A stretch of DNA of 64,000 bases. Source: Candidatus Oxydemutatoraceae bacterium. GTDB lineage: Bacteria; Pseudomonadota; Gammaproteobacteria; Poriferisulfidales; Oxydemutatoraceae. A program made the position numbers and the translations under genes. This document shows, piece after piece, positions 31,114-44,176 of the stretch. The stretch lies in contig OZ244717.1 of NCBI GenBank assembly GCA_965218975.1, positions 416,001-480,000 on the forward strand. Reading direction: 5' to 3'. Positions within the stretch are counted from its first letter, which is position 1; each line of letters opens with the position of its first letter. Below the pieces are notes generated by a model, which was not told the DNA's origin, did no database searches, and was given only the letters and a program-made list of their open reading frames with translations.

Positions 31114-32324
31114 CTGTTGTACGAGATACAGAGGTATCTTCCGCGGTAAAATTGCCATGTGTTGATGATTGCGCGCTCGGCGGTCAGCGTGTGCTGATTC
31201 GGGCTGATTTGAATGTTCCGATAAAAGACGGCAAGGTAGCTAATAACCAAAAAATTATTGCATCGCTGGCGACGATTCGGTTTGCGCTAAAGCAGAATGC
31301 GGCGGTAATTTTACTGTCGCATCTGGGCAGGCCGGAGGTGGGAGCGCTTGCGTCTGAGTTATCGTTATATCCGGTTGCTGTTAGACTTGCCGAATTACTT
31401 TCCTTGCCGGTACGGTTTGAAACGGATTATCTGGCAGGGATTCAAGTTGCACTAGGAGAAGTGGTTTTGTGTGAGAATGTTCGGTTTAACATCGGTGAGA
31501 CTACCGACGATGAAGCGTTGTCACGACAATTAGCCGGATTGGGAGATGTGTTTGTAATGGATGCTTTTGGTAGCGCGCACCGCGCTCATGCTTCAACGCA
31601 TGGGGTTGTGCGGTTTGCCAAGCATGCGTGTGCCGGCCTTTTGTTTACAAAAGAAATAAAAGCACTCTCGCAAGCGATGTATGTTGCGCGACAGCCGATG
31701 GTTGGGATTGTCGGAGGGTCGAAAATATCAACGAAACTAAATGTGCTGGAAGCATTAGTCGCCAAAACCGATTACTTGGCGCTCGGCGGCGGGATTGCCA
31801 ATACGCTGCTTGCCGCGGCGGGCCATCGAATCGGGCGGTCGTTATGTGAGAAAACCATGCTTGAGCAAGCAAAGCGCCTGCTGGAGTTTGCCGAACAACA
31901 TGCGTGCGTTTTGCAGCTACCTAAGGATGTGGTCTGTGCCTTGACGCCCGAAGCAAGAGATACCATAGAGATACGTGAAGTGGATGAGGTTGCGGCAGAT
32001 GAAATGATTCTTGACATAGGTCCGCGCAGTTGTAGAGCAATTGCAGAGAATATTCGACAAGCGGCAACAATACTGTGGAACGGTCCTTTGGGTCTGTTTG
32101 AAGAGCCGTCATTTATGGCGGGCACACGATGCGTAGCGCAAGCAATTGCGGAAAGTGGCGCTTATTCAATTGCAGGAGGCGGCGATACCTTAGCAGCAAT
32201 CGATCAACTGAATCTGGCACAGGAAGTTTCGTATATTTCAACCGGCGGCGGGGCCTTTCTTGAATTTGTTGAAGGCAAGCCGCTTCTTGCCGTTGCAGCA
32301 TTAAGCGAGCATGTTATCCAATGA
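31110..32324 (+). CDS. pgk: Phosphoglycerate kinase
   Basis: RADLNVP, SHLGRP, WNGPLG and ISTGGGA. The start probably overlaps the gap stop. Confidence 0.97.
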   Translation: MTVVRDTEVSSAVKLPCVDDCALGGQRVLIRADLNVPIKDGKVANNQKIIASLATIRFALKQNAAVILLSHLGRPEVGALASELSLYPVAVRLAELLSLPVRFETDYLAGIQVALGEVVLCENVRFNIGETTDDEALSRQLAGLGDVFVMDAFGSAHRAHASTHGVVRFAKHACAGLLFTKEIKALSQAMYVARQPMVGIVGGSKISTKLNVLEALVAKTDYLALGGGIANTLLAAAGHRIGRSLCEKTMLEQAKRLLEFAEQHACVLQLPKDVVCALTPEARDTIEIREVDEVAADEMILDIGPRSCRAIAENIRQAATILWNGPLGLFEEPSFMAGTRCVAQAIAESGAYSIAGGGDTLAAIDQLNLAQEVSYISTGGGAFLEFVEGKPLLAVAALSEHVIQ

Positions 32325-33787
32325 CGGAATTTAGCAAAGGAAAAGCGCCACGGCAAACGAAGATTATTGTAACTCTAGGGCCTGCCACAGATGATCCGGC
32401 AGTGATTGAAGCGTTGGTCCATGCGGGCATTGATGCGGTGCGAATTAATTTTTCACATGGCGATGCGGAAGAGCATCTTGCTCGTGCGCGCATAGCTAGG
32501 GATATGTCCAAGCGGGCGAAATATCATCTCGGATTGATTGGCGATTTACAGGGACCGAAGATTCGGATAGAGCGATTTGTCGAGGGGAAAGTACTGTTAA
32601 AAGCCGGTCAACAGTTTGTTTTGGATGCGGGGATGGACCAGAATGCCGGAACTGCCGCCGGCGTGGGTTTGACTTACACTGATTTGTGCAAAGATATCCG
32701 CAGCGGAGATGTTTTATTGGTTGACGACGGTCGGGTTGAGTTGCTTGTTTTATCGTCGGATGAAGAACGGATTGTTACCAAAGTGCGGCATGATTCGGTG
32801 TTGTCAAGCAATAAAGGCCTCAACCGCAGGGGCGGCGGTTTATCCGCGCCGACTATCACGCAAAAAGATCACAAAGATATTCAGCTTGCCGCAAAGATGG
32901 GTATTGATTACTTAGCCGTTTCTTTTCCAAAAAGCGCCGACGATATTTTATGTTCAAAAAAACTCTTGGAAGAAGCGGGTTGCGATGCCGGCATCATTGC
33001 AAAAATTGAACGTGCCGAGGCATTGGATGCAATTGATGAAATTATTGAAGTATCCGACGGCATTATGATCGCGCGCGGCGACCTGAATCTTGAAATCGGT
33101 GATGCCGCTTTGATTGCGGTACAAAAACGATTGATAAGGCTGGCTCGCAAGGAGCAAAAAATCGTGATTACCGCGACCGAGATGATGCAATCAATGATCG
33201 AAAATCCACGTCCGACGCGTGCTGAAATATCAGATGTCGCGAATGCGGTTCTTGATGGTACTGATGCTGTGATGTTGTCGGGTGAAACCGCGATCGGGAA
33301 GCATCCGGTTACTGCCGTTAAGACAATGAGTAGGATTTGCTACGGTGCTGAGCAGAGCGACTATCATCAATCCGGCGTTGAAGATATAAACCAAATTCCC
33401 CACCGCATTGATCAAGCAATTGCAATGGCGGCAATTCGTACCGGTAGAGATTTGCAAGCAACGGCGATTGCGGCGCTAACCGAGTCAGGTTCTTCGGCAT
33501 TATGGATGTCGCGGGTGCGTTCGTCAATTCCAATTTATGCGCTAACGCGGCATATAAAAACCTGTCGCAAAGTGACTTTGTATCGAGGTGTGTACCCTGG
33601 CGACTTGAACAGTTTGAATAAGCGGCATACACAGATCAATCGTGAGGTGATTGAGACTCTGCTTCGCTGTAAAGCGGCAGAAGACGGCGATTTAATCGTC
33701 ATCACCAAAGGCGATTTAATCGGAGTGCACGGCGGTACCAACGCAATGAAGGTTCTACGAGTCGACAATTTGCAAGAGAGAATCTAA
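32321..33787 (+). CDS. pyk: Pyruvate kinase
   Basis: TKIIVTLGP, NFSHG, AKIE, ARGDL and PTRAE. Confidence 0.97.
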   Translation: MTEFSKGKAPRQTKIIVTLGPATDDPAVIEALVHAGIDAVRINFSHGDAEEHLARARIARDMSKRAKYHLGLIGDLQGPKIRIERFVEGKVLLKAGQQFVLDAGMDQNAGTAAGVGLTYTDLCKDIRSGDVLLVDDGRVELLVLSSDEERIVTKVRHDSVLSSNKGLNRRGGGLSAPTITQKDHKDIQLAAKMGIDYLAVSFPKSADDILCSKKLLEEAGCDAGIIAKIERAEALDAIDEIIEVSDGIMIARGDLNLEIGDAALIAVQKRLIRLARKEQKIVITATEMMQSMIENPRPTRAEISDVANAVLDGTDAVMLSGETAIGKHPVTAVKTMSRICYGAEQSDYHQSGVEDINQIPHRIDQAIAMAAIRTGRDLQATAIAALTESGSSALWMSRVRSSIPIYALTRHIKTCRKVTLYRGVYPGDLNSLNKRHTQINREVIETLLRCKAAEDGDLIVITKGDLIGVHGGTNAMKVLRVDNLQERI

Positions 33788-33806
33788 ATACTTACCGTTT
33801 TATTAC

Positions 33807-34274
33807 TTACTCAAGAAGACTTCTCAGCATCCATGCATTTTTTTCATGCGCGGTCATGCGTTGTGTCAGTAAATCAACGGTCGGTTCATCATTTGCTTCT
33901 ATAGCGATAGGCAAGCTTTTGCGAGCGGTTTTAATTACCGCTTCCTGCCCGCTGATCAGCTGATTAATCATTGCTTTAGCATTGGGAACACGGGTTTCCT
34001 CCTTGATACTGGTCAATTTACTGAATTGTTGATAAGAACCGGGGGCCGCTACCCCTAAAGCGCGAATTCTTTCGGCAATTTGATCAACTGCCATGGCAAG
34101 TTCGTTGTATTCCTCCTCAAATAAAAGATGCAGCGTGTTGAACATAGGGCCAGTAACATTCCAGTGGAAGTTATGCGTTTTTAAATAGAGGGTATAGGAA
34201 TCGGCGAGTAAGTGAGCAAGCTGTTGAGCGATGCCTTTACGTTGTTTTTCTGGTATGCCAATATTGATTTTCAT
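33807..34274 (-). CDS. dps: Dps DNA protection protein
   Basis: [20 protein letters not shown] and HEKNAWML. Confidence 0.96.
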   Translation of the reverse strand: MKINIGIPEKQRKGIAQQLAHLLADSYTLYLKTHNFHWNVTGPMFNTLHLLFEEEYNELAMAVDQIAERIRALGVAAPGSYQQFSKLTSIKEETRVPNAKAMINQLISGQEAVIKTARKSLPIAIEANDEPTVDLLTQRMTAHEKNAWMLRSLLE

Positions 34275-34351
34275 AGTTGTTTTTCTATAAGCTTGTTGTC
34301 CGAATTTAAGTTTTGATAGTATATATCATTAGTAGTATATATCAATTCAAG

Positions 34352-34625
34352 TGTGCACGATGCCACCCTAAATAGGATTTTTGAAGTGCTTCGAGGGAAG
34401 CGTTCGACAGTAACATTCGGATCGGTGCTTTCTGTCCGCTGCCGACATGAGGACGGTGTAGCTTATACCAGGCTAAATACTCCCATAATCGGTCATTGAA
34501 TGCTTCCGTATCAGTGAATAGCAGGTCTTCCGCATGATCGATACACTCTTCTTGGACCGTACGGTTGAAGCGTTTAATGTGCGCATTCATTTTCGGATAC
34601 TTGGGATAGGTCAGCCACTGCTCAT
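34352..34625 (-). mobile_element. IS481-family 3' fragment without the palindromic insert
   Basis: TYPKYPKMNAHIKRFNRTVQEE..WEYLAWYKLHRPH..LGWHR. Confidence 0.85.
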
Positions 34626-34758
34626 TGAAACTCACTGCCGCTACGCTCGCGCCGGATGACCGCCAAAACTGCATTTTAGCTTTTGTTCTCCGGAAAGCTT
34701 CAAGGCAATAATAGTCATAAATCCTGCATAGCTTATAACGGCCACAAATACCGGCTAT

Positions 34759-35305
34759 TCACCTCCACCTCGCTCTCATCGCAGACACTTCCCGCGCAGA
34801 AAAGAAATGTTGCGTGTGTTTATGGTTGCATATTTGATCTATATATTCAGGGGAGAACTTAATTCTTTGTTTCATTTCCTGGTTAAACCATTCCAGCGAT
34901 CGCGTTATTCTATGTTTGGTCCGCCGTTTCCACACGCTGATGTCTGTGGAAGGCGTACTTCCCCTTTTATTCCTCTCTGGAATCATAAAGAAGAATACAG
35001 CCGACAAGGCTCTCTCAATCGGATTTCGCACCAAACTGATCAAGTAGTATGTATCGGAATAAACAAACACTTTTTTCGGGTCCATAATTCTTTGAAAATC
35101 ATGTGCTTGCGCTACTGTGATTAGCTTTGTATGACTTAAAGATCTTTTAATGATATGAGGATTGACGTCGAACCGGCTTTTGGTACCGTATAGACAATGA
35201 TTGAGCTATGATTGAATATTTTACAAATAGCCCTGAATATCCGGGGCCTCCATGGTCGTAATACATTTTTAAGTACTTTAATGCCCGAGTTGTGTGAAAA
35301 AAACA
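34759..35305 (-). pseudogene. Sulfotransferase-like / capsular polysaccharide synthesis family protein, broken
   Basis: VYTVPKAGSTS (5'-PSB-like) and LVRNPIERALS (3'-PB-like) lie in separate ORFs. Confidence 0.6.
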
Positions 35306-35326
35306 TATAAGCCAAACAGTTATATA

Positions 35327-36112
35327 TTAAACGAGTGCCGTTTCGGCGGAAAATTCTGCAACGACCGGTACGTGGTCGGAAGGACGCTCCCAAACGCGCG
35401 GTTCTCGATCGATATATGCTTGCTTGCACTTACGTGTTAGCACGCCACTGGCCAGAATTAAGTCTATTCTCATCCCTTCGTTGCGCCGATAAGCGCCACC
35501 GCGATAATCCCACCAGCTGAACGTTTTAGGTGGCTGTCGGAATAAGCGAAACGTATCCGTGAGCCCTAAACCCATCATCTGTTTTAACGCATCGCGCTCG
35601 GGTTTGCTGCATAAAATTTTTCCCTGCCAAAGAGCCGGGTCATACACATCTTCATCAGCCGGTGTAATATTGAAGTCCCCTACAATCACTGTTTGCCGGT
35701 ATCGTCTTAGTTCTCTTTTGATCCACGCGGTCACGTGTTGTAACCATTCCAGCTTTGCAGCATATTTATCCGAACCCACTTCGCCGCCATTGATTACATA
35801 CAAGTTAATTATACGTACACCTCTTACAGTTGCCGCTAAAGTACGTTTTTGTGTCGTATCAATTCCTGATGGCAATCGCTCAACTTCGTCCGGCGGTTGA
35901 CAGCACAATAGAGCAACTCCATTGTAAGTCTTCTGCCCGGAATAAACGGCATGATAGCCTGCCTCACGAACTGCTTCGATAGGAAATTCCTCGTCGATAA
36001 CTTTAGTTTCCTGCAATGCCAGCACATGCGGTGTTGCTAACTTAAGCCAATCCAATACATGCGGTAGACGCACACGCAATGAATTGACGTTCCATGAAGC
36101 GATTTTCACCAA
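35327..36112 (-). CDS. xth: Exodeoxyribonuclease III
   Basis: SWNVNS, LQETK, GDFN, WWDYR and SDH. Confidence 0.96.
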   Translation of the reverse strand: MVKIASWNVNSLRVRLPHVLDWLKLATPHVLALQETKVIDEEFPIEAVREAGYHAVYSGQKTYNGVALLCCQPPDEVERLPSGIDTTQKRTLAATVRGVRIINLYVINGGEVGSDKYAAKLEWLQHVTAWIKRELRRYRQTVIVGDFNITPADEDVYDPALWQGKILCSKPERDALKQMMGLGLTDTFRLFRQPPKTFSWWDYRGGAYRRNEGMRIDLILASGVLTRKCKQAYIDREPRVWERPSDHVPVVAEFSAETALV

Positions 36113-36116
36113 ACAG

Positions 36117-38570
<2,454 letters not shown>

Positions 38571-38575
38571 ATAAT

Positions 38576-39300
38576 TGTACGATTCCACCTTAAATGGGAT
38601 TTTTGAAGGGCTTCGGGGGAAACGTTCGGCAGTAACATTCGGATCGGTGCTTTCTGTCCGTTGCCGGCATGAGAGCGGTGCAGGGTGAGACGCGCCACTG
38701 AAAACCGATCGGTTTTCAGTGGCGAACGACCCAACAAGGACGTCGGGGCTGGCGCTCATTGACAGAACCGAGTCTCGTTATGAACGACAGGCACTTTGCT
38801 AGATTGCGGCAGTACCGACACTATACACACCAGGGTCAGGCGCAGGAATGCGGCTGCGTTGCGGCTGTTACAGCGATTGGTTGCTACTGCTATTGCCATT
38901 CAGGTATAGACATCAATGGCCGTTAAGACGTAGCGGCGCACTCCGTGCTGATCACGCACAATCGTATCCAGGGCGATGCAATGCCCTGGATACTGTGCTT
39001 TGAAGTGTTTCGGCTTGCGTGCCCTGCAACGGCGCTTAAACGGTCGTTTTGTTTGTCCTTTGGCATTCAGCCGCTGCGGAATACAGCGCATTTTATCCGG
39101 CGCATCTGCGGTCAGGCGCTTTGCCGCGGTCATGCAAGGCGCTGAGCCCAGTGCGGCAATAACGTTAGCGCCAGCGGTACAAAGTGTTGCAACCGACCTT
39201 GAATGCGTTATAGAGCATCATGTTTTTGTTGAGCCATTGTGTTCATAATAGCTTCTATTTTTGAAGTGTACATATCCAGTACATTACCGGGTTTTTTTGG
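38576..39300 (-). mobile_element. Degenerate IS481-family element (transposase fragments, palindromic module, right end)
   Basis: PGHCIALDTIVR..YVLTAIDVYT and LHRSHAGNGQKAP. Ends ..GGAATCGTACA at 38576. Confidence 0.8.
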
Positions 39301-39500
39301 GTTGTTTGGGACCAACATTTGACACGGCGACTGTTAACCTAATCCGGCTGTAGTGCGATTGATATAGCTGGCAGTGACTACCGTACAACTCCAAAGCCGC
39401 GAGTCCACATCAATCACGTTCAGGATATAACGGCATGCCCTAGAAAGTATTTGTTGATATATATTCAGCATATAGAGAGTGAAAAGATGGTTTTCTAAAT

Positions 39501-39516
39501 TGTTTCACGTGAAACA
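39501..39516. promoter_or_regulatory. parS: parS centromere-like site
   Basis: Perfect consensus palindrome TGTTTCACGTGAAACA near dnaA; parAB is in the window. Confidence 0.93.
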
Positions 39517-39570
39517 ATATCCGCTGATAGATTCGACTGGGCTTATTTAACCGGATTCCCTATTATAAGG

Positions 39571-40113
39571 TGTATTAGATCCATAACATTTGGTACTCCG
39601 GGTGGTGAGTCAGGAGCGATTGTATCGGGAGATTGCAACCCCAGTGAATGATGGGGCGTTGGGTGTTGTAAAACACCGGCCATTGCGCCAATTCCCAATC
39701 AAAACAGAGGCCACATCAATGAACAGGAGCCTCTCGCAAAGAGCTGCGCGGTTGTCCGTGAATGATTCCTGCAAGCTACGGTTGAAGCGCTCGACGTGCG
39801 CGTTCATCTTTGGCGACTTCGGATAGGTCCACCAGTGGGTGGTCCGGCGCTGTTTCAACTCGGTCTCGAAGTCCTTCATAAACTCCGAGCCGTTGTCGGA
39901 CAAGATATAGCCGATCGGTTTCGGCACCAGTTCTGCCTTATCGCAGGCAGCGGCCATGCCATGGCTTTCCTGGAAGGTGAGAATTTTGAGTCTTTGTTTT
40001 GCATCGTAAGTCATAGTATCCCAACTATGCCTAATTTCAGCAACCCGGTAAAATCCCCGGATTCGATAGCCTATATGTCAGATTTGCAAGGCTTCTGAGC
40101 TTATGTATACACA
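39571..40113 (-). mobile_element. Internally deleted IS481-family element (second subfamily)
   Basis: TGT..ACA termini, ILSDNGSEF and YPKSPKMNAHVERFNRSLQE. Confidence 0.8.
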
Positions 40114-40185
40114 AAAGATATGTGACTCTTAACTGCGGTTATTTATCATGTTCTGTATCTAATTGTTCTTATATGTAGCTATCTT

Positions 40186-41298
40186 TTAGACCTGGGTCGG
40201 CATAATAATGTTTTTAGTCGCATCTGTGTTCTCTTCACGAATTTGCGCTCCGCTATTACTATCCCTATATTCAAAATAGAATTTTTCACTTTCGGTTACC
40301 GTTAACACGTCTAATAAATATTGTGCATTAAAAGCAATTTGAAACTCCGTACCTTCATAGTTAATCTCTTGTTCAACCTCTGCTTTTTCCCCCTCCTTAT
40401 TCTGTGTAACTGCAAGGAGTCTGTGCTTACTAAAATCCAAACGGACATTCGAGGTCCTATCTTCTCTAATTACACATGCAGCTTCCAGTGTTCGACGAAA
40501 TATTGCTGTATCAATCAGTACTGTCTCAGTAAACTTTTGAGGGATTACTCGCTGATAATCCGGATATTCTGCTTCGATCAACTGCGCTGTAATTGTTATA
40601 TTCTTATATGTTACGCATATTTGTCGCTCCGATATCTTTATTTTTGCGCTGTCATCATCTTTACTGTCAAGAAGCTTCTGTAACTCTAAAACAACTTTTC
40701 GCGGAAGAATCACTTGTCTATTACTATCATTTCCTGCTATCGCTTTTGGGAGCTGGCAAAGCGCTAAACGGTGTCCATCTGTCGCAACTACCGTCACTTC
40801 TTCCTGGTCCACAGACAATAAAGCACCATTTAAGTAATAGCGTGAATCATTTTGAGCCATAGCGTGAGAAATTTTCTCTATCAGATATTTCATATCGCCG
40901 GACTTTACTACCACCTCCATAGCATCTTCAGCACTCTTTTGTTTTGGAAACTCATCTGCCGATATTGTATTTAGCAGATAGTTCTGCTTTTCAATTTGCA
41001 GCATCACATTTTGTTGATTATTACTGAGAGAAACCCGAGCATCTTTAGGACTATTCCGACAAGCGTCCAATAATTTTTGGCCTGAGACCAAAACAGGCGA
41101 GTTTTCTTCTAATGAAACATCACTAACAAACCACCGAATTTCAATTAGGTGATCTGTCGCTGTTAAAACACATCCTCCGGATGGGGCTGCTTCAATCAGA
41201 ATCATGCTTAGGGATGTTAGCGTTTGGCGTCTCTCAATGATATTACAAAGTGTTGAAACAGCCGGCAAGAGAGCATTATTTGAAACAGAAAATTTCAT
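40186..41298 (-). CDS. dnaN: DNA polymerase III beta clamp
   Basis: RYYLNG, VATDGHRLA, YPDYQRVIP and FNAQYLLDVL. Confidence 0.96.
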   Translation of the reverse strand: MKFSVSNNALLPAVSTLCNIIERRQTLTSLSMILIEAAPSGGCVLTATDHLIEIRWFVSDVSLEENSPVLVSGQKLLDACRNSPKDARVSLSNNQQNVMLQIEKQNYLLNTISADEFPKQKSAEDAMEVVVKSGDMKYLIEKISHAMAQNDSRYYLNGALLSVDQEEVTVVATDGHRLALCQLPKAIAGNDSNRQVILPRKVVLELQKLLDSKDDDSAKIKISERQICVTYKNITITAQLIEAEYPDYQRVIPQKFTETVLIDTAIFRRTLEAACVIREDRTSNVRLDFSKHRLLAVTQNKEGEKAEVEQEINYEGTEFQIAFNAQYLLDVLTVTESEKFYFEYRDSNSGAQIREENTDATKNIIMPTQV

Positions 41299-41299
41299 G

Positions 41300-41532
41300 T
41301 TTTTACCTTTCTTATTATTTATTATAAATTCTGAGAAGCTTTCTTATATTTATGATTATATGATGATTTCACTTGCCATTCACCGTTAGATTTATTTCTT
41401 ATCTATTGTCTTTCCGCGATTTTATCTATTTATTGTTTTGTGATTTACTTGTGGAAACAAGGCCTGTTTTTTGTTGACAGTTTTTCCATTATAGATAAGA
41501 TTAAGAATTCTATATTTTTTTCCACAGTTTAT
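41300..41532. other. Candidate oriC (AT-rich dnaA-dnaN spacer with DnaA boxes)
   Basis: TTTTCCACA at 41518-41526, TGTGGAAAC at 41450-41458, and very AT-rich sequence. Confidence 0.5.
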
Positions 41533-42945
41533 CTACCGGTTCTCTTCCTGTTGTAATTTAAGTTTGATCTCCTTATATTTTTGGTGAAGATGCGAATCTG
41601 CTTTTAGTATCGCTTTAATTTTGCGACAGGCGTAAATTACAGTTGTATGATCACGTCCTCCAAAGGCGGCTCCAATCTCAGGGAGGCTTTTGTCAGTTAA
41701 TTTTTTGCAGAGGTACATTGCTATTTGTCGCGGTCTTACTAAAGAACGAGTTCGCCGTGGGCAGGATAAGTCTGCAGTACTGACCTGGAATGAACGTGCA
41801 GTTGCGTTCTGAATCTTTTCAATCGAAAAGAGCGTTTCATTGGGGGCAATTAAATCTGCAACCGCATTTTGTGCAAGAGCAAGGGTAATAGGGGCCTGCT
41901 GCTGGAATTCGCTACAGGCTTTTAACCGTTGCAGTGCTCCTTCAAGGGCACGAACAGTGTGAATTTTGTTTGAAATGTAGTTTGCTACTTCTTTTGGAAC
42001 AGAAAAGTTTTGTCGGCGGCCTTTCTGCTGCAAAATTGCAATTTTGGTTTCAAGTTCCGGAGGGCTGATGGATTGTAGAAGGCCGGAAGAGAAACGTGAG
42101 CGCAGGCGTTTTTCAATAAAACCCATTTCTTGCGGGTACATATCGCCAGCAAAAATTATTCGTTTGTTGAACTCAAATAGGGTGTTGAAAAGATGAAAGA
42201 ATTCTTCTTGACAATGCTTTTTATCTTTTAGCATCTGTACGTCATCAACAAGCAAAACATCAACGGTACGTAATCGTCTTCGTAAGGCCTCGATTTGCTC
42301 ATGGTTATTTTGGCGGCTACAAAGAGCTTTTACAACTTGTCGGACGAACAGAACAGAATGCAGATATAGCACTTTTACGTTGGGGTCTTGGCTGATAACC
42401 TTATTTCCAACAGCATGAAGCAAGTGTGTTTTTCCTAGGCCGACACCACCGCGGATGAAGAGTGGATTATATGAAGTCTGTCGATTCTGTGCTACTTCCT
42501 TTGCTGCGCTTAAAGCCATTTGGTTGGATGGTCCGGCAATGAAGTTTTCGAAGGAATAATTTGAGATTAATAAATCTTGCCAGTGAATGTTTCCGTACAC
42601 TGCAGCGTGTGTACGGCTGTTTGTTTGAGATGAGTTTATGCCTGGATGTTGTTCGGCGCATCCCTTCAGCGAAGTTGAGTCTGTGTAGCTTGAGCTTGAG
42701 CCGACTGCAAAAGAGAGGTGAATCTCTTGGTTAGTTAAGCTTTTTAAGGCGGCTTTAATTTGCGGTAAGAAACATTCTCTAATTTTATTTAGGACGAATT
42801 GGTTCGGAGCAAATAAGGTTAAACGGTTGTTATTTTCTCCTTTGAAATTTCCTACTGCTTGTAGCGGACGGATCCATGTATTGAGGTTTTCTTCCTCAAT
42901 ATTGTGAGAAAGTTCACCGACACATTGCTTCCAAAGATCAAACAT
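41533..42945 (-). CDS. dnaA: Chromosomal replication initiator
   Basis: YNPLFIRGGVGLGKTHL, QEEFFHLFN, RQIAMYL and GGRDHTTV. Confidence 0.98.
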   Translation of the reverse strand: MFDLWKQCVGELSHNIEEENLNTWIRPLQAVGNFKGENNNRLTLFAPNQFVLNKIRECFLPQIKAALKSLTNQEIHLSFAVGSSSSYTDSTSLKGCAEQHPGINSSQTNSRTHAAVYGNIHWQDLLISNYSFENFIAGPSNQMALSAAKEVAQNRQTSYNPLFIRGGVGLGKTHLLHAVGNKVISQDPNVKVLYLHSVLFVRQVVKALCSRQNNHEQIEALRRRLRTVDVLLVDDVQMLKDKKHCQEEFFHLFNTLFEFNKRIIFAGDMYPQEMGFIEKRLRSRFSSGLLQSISPPELETKIAILQQKGRRQNFSVPKEVANYISNKIHTVRALEGALQRLKACSEFQQQAPITLALAQNAVADLIAPNETLFSIEKIQNATARSFQVSTADLSCPRRTRSLVRPRQIAMYLCKKLTDKSLPEIGAAFGGRDHTTVIYACRKIKAILKADSHLHQKYKEIKLKLQQEENR

Positions 42946-43192
42946 AAATGTAAAACTAGGTCTATTCGTTTACAACGAAGATTTTTTTGCGACTCTATTA
43001 GGGTAGAAAGTTTAGCCGATGTTTTGATTAAGAGTCGTTATGTAATAAAAAAGCAGCAGAAAATAAGAAAGAAAAAAACTTCAATTTTTATAACCGAAGC
43101 GACACTATAAAAAGGTGTTGATAAACCGAAAGTTTGTTTTGAACATTTTGTACAGGTACTGCTCACTGGCAGCAGTAAAGTCTTTGAGCTGA

Positions 43193-43469
43193 TGAGACTG
43201 TTTTGTGTTTGTTGCCGGATTTTCGGCGGATTGTGCCGGATTATCGGCAAAGTGCCTGTCACCCATGACGAGACTTGGTTCTGTCAATGAGCACTAGACC
43301 CGACATCCTTGTCGGGTCGTTAGCCGCTGAAAACCGATCGGTTTTCCGGGCGCGTCTCACCCTGCACCGTCCTCATGCCGGCAACGGGCAGAAAGCACCG
43401 ATCCGAATGTTACTGCCGAACGCTTCCCTCGAAGCCCTTTAAAAATCCCATTTAGGGTGGCATCGTACA
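43193..43469 (+). mobile_element. Palindromic module plus IS481 right end
   Basis: TGAGACTGTTTTG..GCGTCTCA, then ..TTTAGGGTGGCATCGTACA. Confidence 0.85.
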
Positions 43470-43474
43470 ACTAA

Positions 43475-43503
43475 TTGACAAAACGGTTAAAAAGTCATAT
43501 TTT
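43475..43503 (+). promoter_or_regulatory. Sigma70 promoter of rpmH
   Basis: TTGACA-N17-TATTTT. Confidence 0.7.
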
Positions 43504-43541
43504 ACCCCACAAGAGAGCGGTGAATTTTGATTGCATATCTA

Positions 43542-43676
43542 ATGAAAAGAACCTTTCAACCAAGCAAAGTTAAACGGAAACGGGCTCATGGATTTCGTGC
43601 ACGGATGCGTACCTGTAGCGGGCGTGCAATTCTAACTGCACGCCGGAGAAAGGGGCGGGCGCGCCTATCCGCATAG
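43542..43676 (+). CDS. rpmH: 50S ribosomal protein L34 (not in the ORF track)
   Basis: [44 protein letters not shown]. Confidence 0.98.
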   Translation: MKRTFQPSKVKRKRAHGFRARMRTCSGRAILTARRRKGRARLSA

Positions 43677-43763
43677 CAGTCGTTAATTATTATTGTGTAC
43701 ATAGGTTATCGGGATGCCTACCCAAGTATGGAGCGATACCGACAAGCTATGTGATGTATCTGT

Positions 43764-44174
43764 GTGTCCGGTAGAGTGGCACACTTATTTCCTGCTTCAG
43801 CCTACCGGTTACGGAAACACAGAGAATTTGATCGAGTGCTATATAACTCACAATCAGTGCGGATTTCACACCGAACGGCTATTATTTATGCATGCCCGAA
43901 TGCTTATCAATACCCGCGGTTGGGAATAACAGTTTCGCGCAAAGCTGCAAAAAAAGCTGCCGCGCGTAATCGAATCAAGCGTCTTATCCGTGTCAGTTTC
44001 ATGCGGAACCGCCAACGCCTTCTGTGTGTTGACACAGTTGTGATTTGCCGGCACGGTAGCGCCACACGAACATCTGTCGAGTGGCTCCATACGCTTGAAC
44101 AAATGTGGATAAAAGTAGCGAAGGGAGTGCAACAGCAATGTGTGTTTCCGCCGCCGACAGGAAACAGTCTGTAA
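43764..44174 (+). CDS. rnpA: RNase P protein component
   Basis: RLRKHREF, RLGITVSRK and ARNRIKRLIR. Confidence 0.93.
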   Translation: MSGRVAHLFPASAYRLRKHREFDRVLYNSQSVRISHRTAIIYACPNAYQYPRLGITVSRKAAKKAAARNRIKRLIRVSFMRNRQRLLCVDTVVICRHGSATRTSVEWLHTLEQMWIKVAKGVQQQCVFPPPTGNSL

Positions 44175-44176
44175 TT

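Noticed and set aside
44104-44112. Perfect DnaA box TGTGGATAA
   Set aside because: It is a single site within the rnpA coding sequence and is not enough to call a regulatory element.
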